Assembly (NCBI RefSeq): GCF_044704955.1
Contig: NC_091999.1
Span: 57,102,001-57,166,000 of the forward strand
Direction of reading: 5' to 3'
Length of the DNA: 64,000 bases
From: Pristiophorus japonicus
Taxonomy: Eukaryota
In this document: piece by piece, positions 25,610 through 35,331 of the stretch
How positions within the stretch are numbered: position 1 is the first letter of the stretch
How the letters are laid out: the number at the start of each line of letters is the position of its first letter
Position numbers and translations under genes: made by a program
The notes under the pieces: generated by a model
Database searches by the model: none
What the model was told of the DNA's origin: nothing
What the model saw: only the letters and a program-made list of their open reading frames with translations

Positions 25610-25827
25610 TGCGTTGGCACGTTTTTAAATGTTACTCAGACAAAACTCAATCATTCATTTCTCTGCATCAGAACATCACAGAGTCCTGAAAAAGTCTCCG
25701 ATTCCTAAAAATCTGGAAGAGCCAATATCCTCTTGCTGTATTTTTACTCTTCCATGTTGCATTTGAACTTTTAATATGAATCTATACCGAATAACATAAG
25801 TACAATTCTACATTTCGAAAATGCTTC

Positions 25828-25872
25828 CTCCCACCTGACAGGTGGGGATACTCACGACTATATTAACGAGGT
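25828..25872 (-). pseudogene. tRNA-Asp pseudogene, copy 3, with internal deletion
   Basis: The 5' half (CCTCGTTAATATAGTCGTGAGTATCCCCACCTGTCA) is retained; the T-arm is missing. Confidence 0.72.
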
Positions 25873-26631
25873 ACTGACGGGTGTGGATTTTGAGTCAGCA
25901 GGAATTGAGCTGTGAAAAGAACTTGACACCATGAGAAAGAGACAGACACATTGAGAGACAGACACAAAAACAGAAACAGGGAGAGACAGACAGCGAGCTA
26001 GAGATATAGAGAGCAAGTGTGAGACCAAGAGAGATAGGCAGACTGAGTGAGACAAAGACTCAAACAGACACATACACAGAGATGTGTGTGTGTGTGCTCC
26101 ATAAAGAGAGGGAGGCAAATAGTAATGGAAAGCCAGAGACAAAGACAAAGCTATGGACAAAGAGAGCGACAAAGAGAGAGAGAGAGAAATAATGAGACAT
26201 AAGATAGAGAGAGAGAGAGAGATAAAAACAGAAAATGATGGAAATACTCAACAGGTTAGAGACAGGGTCGAACAGAGACAGGCAAAGAGAGACAGACAGG
26301 CAGAGACATAGACAGACAGTGATGATGGGAAAGATAGAGACAGTCAGACAGAGAGACTGAGAGAATCCCATTGGAACAGAACTGGACACTGTGAGAAAGA
26401 CACAGGCAGATTGAGAGACCGAGACAAACAGAAAAACAGGGAGAGACAGAGTGAGTCAGAGAGAGGCAGAGTGAGGGAGACAAAGACTCAAACACGCAAA
26501 CACATGCACAGATCTCTAAAGAGACAGAGATAGAGAGTGAGGCAGAGACTGAAAGACACAGATACATTTCACGATTCCATTTCTTTATCGGTTCAGAATG
26601 TCACAGAGTTACAGTAAAATGCAGATTCAAC

Positions 26632-27120
26632 AGATTCTTCCTGTAGTTGTACAGTGCCTTGGTGAGGCCTCACTTGGAATATTGTGTTCTGTTTTGATCT
26701 CCTAATGTGAGGAACGACGTTCTTGCTATTGAGGGAGTGCAGCGAAGGTTCACCAGACTGGTTCCCGGGATGGCTGGAATGTCATGTGAGGAGAGACTGG
26801 ATCAACTGGATTTTTATACATTGGAGCTTAGAAGGATGAGAGGGGATTTCATAGAAACATAAAGATTCTGACGGGACGGGACAGGTTAGATGCAGGTAGC
26901 TTGTCCCGATGTTGGGGAAGTCCAGAACCAGGGGACAGAGCCTTAGGACAGCCATGTCAACGTGGTGCAAATTATATCATATTCATTAATTGCTGCCTGT
27001 GCAGTTAATTCGTCCACCTTATTACGAATACTCCTCGCATTGAGGCACAGAGACTTCAGGCTTGTCTTTTTAACAACTTTGTCCCTTGAGACTTTTGCTG
27101 TAATGTGGCCCTTTTTGAAA
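26632..27120. mobile_element. CR1 fragments: RT end on + (26632-26945) abutting EN start on - (26945-27120)
   Basis: RPHLEYCV/RRFTRLVPG on +; CLNARSIRNKVDELTAQAAINEYDII on -. Confidence 0.82.
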
Positions 27121-28270
27121 GGAATGACAAGGGTGTATGCTGTTACAGGAGGATGTGAGGGGAAACAAACATAATACAAGGGGAAGAGTACATCCGCGAT
27201 GGACCAGTACGAGATCAAAAAGAATGGAAATATAAGGGGAATATCTTTATCCGTGTGCTGGAGAGAAGGAAACCTAACTATAGGCCCTCACCCAGTGGGA
27301 GACGGTAGCAAGGATAGCTGCGGGTTTGACAATACTACGAAAGGATGTGTCATTGGAATAAACCCTGCCCGAACCAAACCCACACATTACACCTCTGAAG
27401 TGCGAGGAGAATATTGTGTGATAACTAGCCTGGGATCTTATGTTACTCCAGGAATGTCGGTGGCAGTGAGAAGAGCAAACATGACATGCCAGGAAGAAAA
27501 TGACATGAAATATAAGCGATGAGATTGAGCAAGATATTGATGTTTACATGGAAGAGCAATTCCCCTGTTATTTGAAGATTTAACTGAGCTCAAGAAATAA
27601 CATTAAAAGATATCAAGAGCTGAAGGATAAAGCAAAAGATCTGGACAGTGAAATAAAGTAAAACTTGAAAAACCCGCCTTGGTACAAGAGATTATACATC
27701 CCTGGATAAGGCTCCTTTCCCTTACCCTAGTGTCAGTAAAGATAGTAATAGCCTTGAGTTGGTTGGTGATGTTATGTAACAAGTGCAAAGATAGGCAAGG
27801 CTTACCCGAGCAAAGTTACAAGATAGGGATTAGAATTATATCCCATGTGTTAGTCCTAGTGCTGCTGATAGTGGTGTTGATGCTCCTGGGAGATTGTGCA
27901 GGCAGATACAAGAGATACAGGAAGAAGAGTTTGGCCAAGGCCCGTAACCAAGAATGCAGAAAGCCTTTGCTTAAACCAAAGAGGGTTAATCAAACAAAAA
28001 GACGGCATGAACACATGAACTGAGTCGTGAGTGTCCCAATCCTATCGCCTGATAAACGAAACCGAGGCGGAAGACATAGGAATCAGGACAGGATAAGGCA
28101 AGGAAAGGAAGATTATTGTTCATGGTGGGATATTTTTAAGGTCTGGTCACCTGAAGCCTACGCAGTCCTCAAATCGATGTGGCATTTAATTGAGGTAGTA
28201 ATGGTCGTGGAAGGGATATGTATCGTGATCCAACTATATGAAAAGCAAACAGCTTTGTTAATTATGTAAT
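27120..28270 (+). pseudogene. ERV env-like remnant (Cys-rich ectodomain, heptad, TM) plus extra TM modules
   Basis: GISLSVCWREGNLTIGPHP..SCGFDNTTKGC...GEYCVITSLGSY; heptad ELKDKAKDLDSEIK; NPPWY; TM HPWIRLLSLTLVSVKIVIALSWLVMLC; later hydrophobic segments; lies upstream of a PPT and LTR. Confidence 0.55.
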
Positions 28271-28543
28271 GTAGGCATGATAGGGAGGCGAGTGACTTTG
28301 GAACGCGTTAGGGAAACAACCTAGACCCCAGAGCTTATGCACTGTCTGTACAAAAAGAAAGATGAGTGGCGTGCCAATATCCCAGGGAAATGGTCTGGGG
28401 CAGTATGTAAAGACTCCGCAAAAGATGGAACGACAATTGATCCCAGGGATATGGACTTGATATCATCATTTCGAGCAGATGGCTCAGAACATATATATGG
28501 TCAGCAGATTATTTAGAAATAATCAGGGATCAACAGGAGGGAC

Positions 28544-29070
28544 TAAAAGGGCAGATTACAAATTGTAATTTCAATTAATAATAATAATTGCGATATTTTA
28601 AAATGGAATTAACAGGTTTTTAAATTGGAAACCACAGCCTGTTTTTCAGACTGTGGGAAGCATGTGTGGGATGCCTTCCACAGAGGAGCAGATGTTCCAA
28701 TTCATAGACCAAAGGCCTTGGGAGCTGGGCACGGACACAAATAACATAGAATTTCAATTGTATAACAAAATAAGAGTTAAATAAAAAGAATCATCACAAC
28801 ATGTATTTGGAATTGCCAATTAAGGCATATAGAAGCCAGATTGGAGGAGGCGCTGTACCAATCAATCATGTATTAATCAATCAGCATGTATTAAATGTAA
28901 CTTTCGTAATTACTGAATGCTATCATCTGAAACTGTATAAAGTAAGATGTCTCTGGCTCTAGTTCGAGCGTTCCTTCAAGAATAGCTTCCCTGCCGGCTT
29001 GTATTAATAAAATTTGCATTTACTTTAAGGCTAACAGAATCCTTGTGGTGGGTTGAAGTTAACCCTAACA
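28544..29070 (+). mobile_element. Putative 3' LTR preceded by a polypurine tract
   Basis: AGGAGGGAC at 28535-28543; CCAAT near 28858, TATAAA near 28936, AATAAA near 29007; ends CCCTAACA. Confidence 0.65.
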
Positions 29071-29074
29071 ATGT

Positions 29075-29460
29075 TAGAGAGAAAGGGAGAGGTGGAGGGG
29101 CTCGACGAGGTTAGAGAGATAGGGAGGGGTGTCGGGCTGGAGGAGGGTACAGAGATAGGGAAGGGTGTAGGGCTGGAGGAGGTTACAAAGATATGGAGAG
29201 GTGTAGTGGCTCAAGGAGGTTAGAGAGATAGGGAGGGGTGTAGGGCTGGAGGAGTTTACAGAGATAGGGAGGGCTGTAGGGCTGGAGGAGGTGACAGAGA
29301 TAGGGAGGGCTGTACGGCTGGAGGAGGTCACAGTGATAGGGAGGGGTGTAGGGGCTGGAGGAGGTAACAGAGATAGGGAGGGGTGTAGGGTCTGGAGGTG
29401 GTTACAGAGATAGGGAGGGTGTAGGGGCTGGAGGAGGTTACAGAGATAGGGAGGGGCGGG
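29075..29460 (+). repeat. ~36-bp purine-rich minisatellite (gagatagggaggggtgtaggggctggaggaggttaca)
   Basis: About 10 units; the reverse strand matches the L2-like ORF2 end motif PPYLCNLLQP. Confidence 0.88.
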
Positions 29461-29894
29461 GCCATCGAGGGATGTGAACAGGAAGCTGAGAATTTTAAAA
29501 TCAGCGCCTCACTGGGGCCGAGGAGGGGGGAGATGTGCAGGAACACAACCCCCTCACTACCTACCCTGCACTAATACCCATCACCTGTTATATCACCTGG
29601 AGTTCCAGCGACACTCCTCACCCTCTCTCTTGGTATTTATCCACTCACTGCCTCACTCAAAACTTATCTCCCATTGACAGTCCATGTGAGTGCCCTCGTT
29701 GTCCCAGAATTGCTCCCCGTGGACACCGACTGACCTTCCCCGTACCTCCGCCGCCCTCCTCCTGTTCTATGATGGCTGACAAATTCAGGTTGTGTTTCAG
29801 TCAGCAAGTGAAAGATCGGGGCGGGGGTGGGGGGTCGGTGGGGAGGAGTCATATAAATTAAAACATGTGGCGGCCGGAGGAAGGGGCTTGCGGG

Positions 29895-29933
29895 ACCATG
29901 TCCGGCCCGCGGGCCGTATGTTTGACACCCCTG
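29895..29933. mobile_element. hAT-type DNA transposon terminus
   Basis: ccggcccgcgggccgtatgtttgacacccctg: a CAGGGGTGTCAAAC-type TIR with a GC palindrome. Confidence 0.5.
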
Positions 29934-29939
29934 ATCTAC

Positions 29940-31455
29940 ACTGTCAAGCCCTGTAAGAATTGTGTATGTTTTAAATAGAGATCACCTCTCATTCTTCTAA
30001 CCTGTACAGAATATAGGCCTCGTCTACTCAATCTCTCCTCACAGGACAATCCCTCCATCCCAGGAATCAGTCTGGCGAACCTTCGTTGCCATCCTCAATG
30101 GTAAGTACATCCTTCCTTACGTAAGCAATCAAAACTGTACACAATACTCCAGGTGTAGTCTGACGAGGGCCCTATATAATTGCAGTAAGATGTCGAGGAG
30201 CAAGTTATTATTTAAATGGAGAAATATTGCAATGTGCCGCAATAGAGCAGGCCCTGGGGTTACTTGTGCATGAAACACTAATGGATAGTATGCAGGTATA
30301 GCAAGTGATCAGGAGGGCCAATGGTATTTTGACCTTTTTTGCAAAGGAGATGGAGTATAAAAGCGGGGAAGTCTTGCTGCAGCTATATAAGGTTTTGGTG
30401 AGGCCACACCTGGAATACTGCATGCAGTTTTGGTTTCCATATTTACGAAAGGATATAATTGCTTTGGAAGCAGTTCAGAGAAGGTTCACTAGGTTGATAC
30501 AAGGGATCAGCAGGTTGACTTATGAGGAAAGGTTGAGTACTTTGGGCCTCTACTCATTGGAATTCCGAAGAATGAGAAGTGATCTTATCGAAACGTATAT
30601 GATTATGAGGGGCCTTGACAAGTTGGATGCAGAGCTGATGTTTCCACTGATGGGGGATGACTCGAACAAGAGGGCATGATCTTAGAAGAAGGGGCCGCCC
30701 ATTTAAAACAGAAGAGGATCAATTTCTTCTCTCGGAGGATTGTAAATCTGTCGAACTCGCTGCCTGAGAGAGCTGTGGAAGCTGGGACATTAAATAAATT
30801 TGAGACAGAAATAATTTCTTTCAATGATAAGGGGATAAGGGGTTATGGAGAGCGGGCGGTTGAGTGGAGCTGAGTCTATGATCAGATCAGCCATGATCTC
30901 ATTGAATGGCGGAGCAGGCTCGAGGGGCCGTATGGCCTTCTCCAGTTCCTATTTCTTATTTTCCTGTTCTTATGTTTACTATTATCCTCAACTACTCTTG
31001 TACTAAAGGCCGACATACCATTTCTTTTCTTAATTGCTTTCTGTGCCTGCATGTTAACTTTCATTGATTCGTGTACAAGGACACCAAGGTCCCTCTGAAC
31101 AGCAACATTTCCCAATATCTCACCATTTCAAGTAGCTGTTACCAGTCTATTTTCCTGGTCTATCATTGTCCTTTTCCATAACTACGCTAAATCTAAGAGA
31201 ATTACGATCAATAGCACCAATGCTCTCCCACTGATACCCCTTACACCTGCCCAGCTTAAGTCCCTAATACTAAGTACAGAACTTCCCCCTCTCTTGCTGG
31301 GCTTGCTACATACTGACTAAAAGGTTCAGCTGGTTGCTGACCCCTCTGCGAATGGAAATAGGTCCTTCCTATCCATTCCATCTAGGCCCCTCATTATTTT
31401 ATATACCTCATTAACGTCTGAGCTCAGCCTCCTCTGTTCCAAAGAAAACAAACTA
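29940..31455. mobile_element. Nested CR1 fragments (- 29940-30195, + 30195-30975, - 30975-31130, - 31320-31455)
   Basis: ORF 30305-30679 VLLQLYKVLVRPHLEYC..RRFTRLI; 3' tail at ~30950; flanking opposite-strand CR1 pieces. Confidence 0.82.
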
Positions 31456-31484
31456 TTAAGAGGATTGGTGTGCTGGAGAAGGTT

Positions 31485-32780
31485 ACAGAGATAGGGAAGG
31501 GTGAGACCCTGGAGAGATTTGAACACGAGAATGTGTATTTTAAAGGTTGATGCCACCAGCCATCTCGCCCAGCACAGAATTTAAACCACTACCAACAGGA
31601 AGGATGTTATATTTACTACTACAAATGCATAATGAGAGGAAATCAATCTCTGTCCATTAACTAACAGCGACATGGAAAGAGGGAATGAATGATCTTTAAA
31701 TACCTGGTCCACTTGGCACTGAAGTGTCTGTTGACAGATACTCACGCGATAGGCCGACTCAGGATCCACCCCTCAAGCACCGTGATTGGTTGCAGAATAC
31801 GTTGCTCCCTGGACCCTCCGGACTCTGGCCTCTCTTCCTGTTGGTTCCCAGGGCAATCAATCACCACTCGCCAACATGACACTGCCACATTAATTTGAGG
31901 GGCTCGGAGGAAGAAATAAAATGAGGCCGTGAATCTGAGTTGAGAAATAAAATTAGAAAAGCATGATTAAATGAACAAGGAGAGACAATATAAACTAAAG
32001 GATACAATCCTAAAGAGTATGCATGAACAGGGTGATCTGCGGGTATATGTGGACAAATCGCTGAAGATGGCAGAACAGGTTGGGAAAGCAGTTAAAAAAG
32101 CTTGCAGGATCCTGGGCATCACAGAGTACAAAAGCAAGGATGTTATGATGAACCTTTGTAAAACACTGGTTGGGTCTCAACTGGAGCATTATTTCCAATT
32201 CTGGGCACCGCAGATTAGGATGTGATGGCCTGAGAGAGGGTGCAGAAAAGATTGACAAGAATGATTCACGAGATGAGGGACTTCAGTTACGTGGATTGAC
32301 TGGAGAAGCTTGGGTTGTTCTCGTTGGAGCAGAGAAGTTTGCGAGGAGAGTTGATCGAGGTGTTCAAAATCATGAGGGGTACGGACAGAGTAGATAGAGA
32401 GATACTGTTCGCATTGGTGGAGGGGTCGAGAACCAGAGGAGACGGATTTAAAGTGGATGAGCAGAAGAACCAAAGACAATGAAAGAAAATCTATTTTATG
32501 CAGTGAGTCTTTAGGATCTGGAAAGCACGGCCTGGTTGGTGGAGGCAAACTCAATCACAGCTTTCAAAAGCCAATTGGATAAGTATCTGAAAGAAAACAT
32601 TTGCCGACCGGGGGTAAAGGGCGGGCAATGGGACTAGCTAGGAGCCGGCAAAAGCTCGACGAGCCGAATGGCCTTCCGTGCTGTAACCATTCTCTGATTG
32701 TGTGAGCAGAACCATTCTGTTCGCTGACTCAATCTAACGCCTTCCTAAGTTTGAGCACCTCTGTTAAACCTGTCTACCTC
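31485..32780. repeat. Inverted duplicate of 46555-47956 (contains an old CR1 3' part)
   Basis: ORFs 32010-32258(-) and 47077-47367(+) both begin SIFSAPSLRPSHPNLRCPEL; flanking unique sequence is also reverse-complementary. Confidence 0.88.
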
Positions 32781-33499
32781 AGCCTTAATTAAATTCAATG
32801 ACCCAGCCTCCACAGCTCGCTGGGGCAGAGAATGCCATAGATTACAACCCTCTGAGAGAAGAAATTCCTTCTCATCTTTGTTTTAAATGGTCTGAGGAGA
32901 AAAACTGCATTTGTAAACAGAACTGGATTTACTGGGATTGCTTTGGGAACTGAACCATGTTCATTCTGGCAGCTCTTGTTTGTTTCTGATTATCTTAATA
33001 ACGCCTATATATGAGATGGAGATTAATATCTTGTATAAATGTTGAACAAATTCTCTTCGTTTCAAACACAGTGTGTCGAATATTTGATTGCTCCATGATC
33101 AGAGGAGACTAATTGATGTTCTGTTACCGACTGTTCCATTTTAGTGCTTTTTCTTAATCTCACTTACATCACTCCTCAGCTAGTTCACCTTCTATTATAT
33201 CAAACTCCAAACTTGTTCCGTTTGAGTACACGAGTTGTAGTTGTAGTAGACTTAATTGCAGAGTCTTACTTTAAACTCAGCTGAAATCCTTTGAACCGCC
33301 CCTTTATTGAACTGCCTTGCATAAGATTTGAAATCCGTTGCTTTCTGTAACCTGGTTTTGGAACCAATTGAATTTTAAAATGCATCCACACATTTTGCAC
33401 GTGATAGCCTGTTAAATATTCTGATATTTGTAATTGTCATTTCCACAAACGCAGCTCCCTAGCCACTGACTCAATCCCTCTCCCCAACTTGTGTCTGTG

Positions 33500-34040
33500 C
33501 CTGAACCGGACTGTTTGCAAACTTGGTGCCATACTTAACTCTGAAGTATGTGTTTGACCACATATCCACAGCATAATTAAGAATGCATATTTCCACCTCT
33601 GTAACATCGCCGTTGCCTCAGCTCATCCGCTGCTGACCCGTCATCCCTGCCTTTGTTTCTTCTGGACTTGACTATTCCAACGCATTCCTGCCACATTCTC
33701 ACCTGCATAAATTAGTGTTGATCCAAAATTCGGTTGCCCATGTCCGAACTCTCACCAAGTCCAACTCACACATCAGCCCTCTGCTCGCTGAACTACATTC
33801 GATTCTGGTTCAGCAACGCCTTGATTTCAACATTCTAATGCATTTTCAAAACTCTCCATAGCCTCGCCCCTCCCGAGCTCTGTAAACTCCTCCAGCCCCA
33901 ACCAGCACCACACCGCCCACCCATGAGATATCTGTCTTCCTGAGCATCCCTGATTATAATTGTTCAACCATTGATGGCTTTGGTGGCTGTGCCTTGTGTT
34001 GCCAAGGCCCCAAGTTCTGGAAAACCCAGCCTATACCTTT
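33500..34040 (+). mobile_element. Old L2-type LINE 3' fragment
   Basis: Degenerate AYFHL.NI, FV.S.LDYSN, HI.P.L..LH, LAPP.L..LLQP motifs. Confidence 0.65.
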
Positions 34041-34586
34041 CTGTCTAACCCGTACTGTACCTGCCCTAGCAGTTATTGATTGGATAGTGGAGAGCAAGTT
34101 TTTCTCTCTATCTACTCCGTGCTGCATCTTTCCACGGAGTGTTTAACAGGAGAATGCAGGGTGAGCTTTACTCAGTATCTAACCCGTGTTGTTTCTCCCC
34201 TGGGTGTGTTTGATGGATAGTGTCAGGGAGCTTTACATTGTATGTAACCCGTGCTATACCTGCGCTGGGAGTATTTGATGGGTCAGTGTTGCAGGAGTTG
34301 TACTCTATATTTAACCCATGCCGTAACTGCGATGGGAGTGTTTGATGGATCAGTCTATGGGGAGCTTTACTGTCTGACTAACCCCTGCTGCGCCTATTGT
34401 GCGAGTGTTTGATGGGACAGTGCAGCGGGAGTTGAATTCTGTATCTAACCAATGTTGTACCTACCCTGGGAGTGTTTGGGACAGGCGAGAGGGAGATTTA
34501 ACCTTCAATAACCAAAGCTGCATCTGCCTGGGAATGTCTGGTGAGACATTGTAGAGGGAGCTTTACTCTGCATCTAACCTGTGAAA

Positions 34587-35250
34587 TCATCATCATCATC
34601 ATCATAGGCAGTCCCTTTGAATCGAGGAAGACTTGCTTCCACACCTGAAGTGATTAATTTGGTGACTGAACAGTCTAATACGAGAGCCACAGACTCTGCC
34701 ACAGGTGGGACAGATAGTCGTTGAAGGAAGGGGTGAGTGGGACTGGTTTGCAGCACGCTCTTTCCACTGCCTACACATGTTTTCTGCATGCGCTTGGCGA
34801 TGAGACTCCCGGATGTACTTCCTCCACTAAGGGTGGTCTTTGGCCAGGGACTCCCAGATGTCAGTGGGGATCTCGCATTTTATCAGGGAGGCTTTGAGGG
34901 TGTTCTTGTAACGTTTCCGCTGCCCACCTTTGGCTCATTTTCCGTGAAGAAGTTCCGCATAGAGGACTTGCTTTGGGAGTCTCGTGTCTGGCATGCGAAC
35001 TATGTGGTCTGCGCAGCGGAGCTAATCGAGTGTGGTCAGTGCTTCAATGCTGGGGCTGTTAGCCTGGTCTAGGAAGCTAATGTTGGTGTGCCTGTACTGC
35101 CAGGTGATTTGTAGGATTTTGCGGAGACATTGTTGGTGATATATCTCCAATGAGAAAAAGTGTCTACTGTACATTGTCCATGCCTCTGAGACATACAGGA
35201 GGGCGGGTATTACTACAGCCCTGTAGACCATGAGCTTGGTCGTACCTGCC
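34587..35250 (-). mobile_element. RTE-clade LINE 3' fragment
   Basis: (tca)n tail at 34587; TKLMVYRAVVIPALLY.SE.W, LRKILQI.W, IEALTTLD. Confidence 0.85.
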
Positions 35251-35331
35251 CAGTGAATGGTTAATGAGACAGTGAAGAGGAAACTTATCTCTGTCTCCAA
35301 CCCACGCTGTATCTGTCCTGGGAGTGTTTGA

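Larger units (their letters stand above)
15232..26630 (-). repeat. Tandem array of a ~2.4 kb unit (tRNA-Leu/Ser/Asp pseudogenes, SINE, GA-rich spacer); about 3 full and 1 partial units, interrupted by CR1
   Basis: Leu-like copies at 16887, 19310 and 24710; Ser-like at 17725, 20156 and 25528; Asp-like at 18013, 20456 and 25828; spacers are colinear. Confidence 0.9.

Noticed and set aside
16280-26570. Many Ser/Leu/Cys-rich minus-strand ORFs
   Set aside because: Translations of GA/CT low-complexity spacer; no codon structure.
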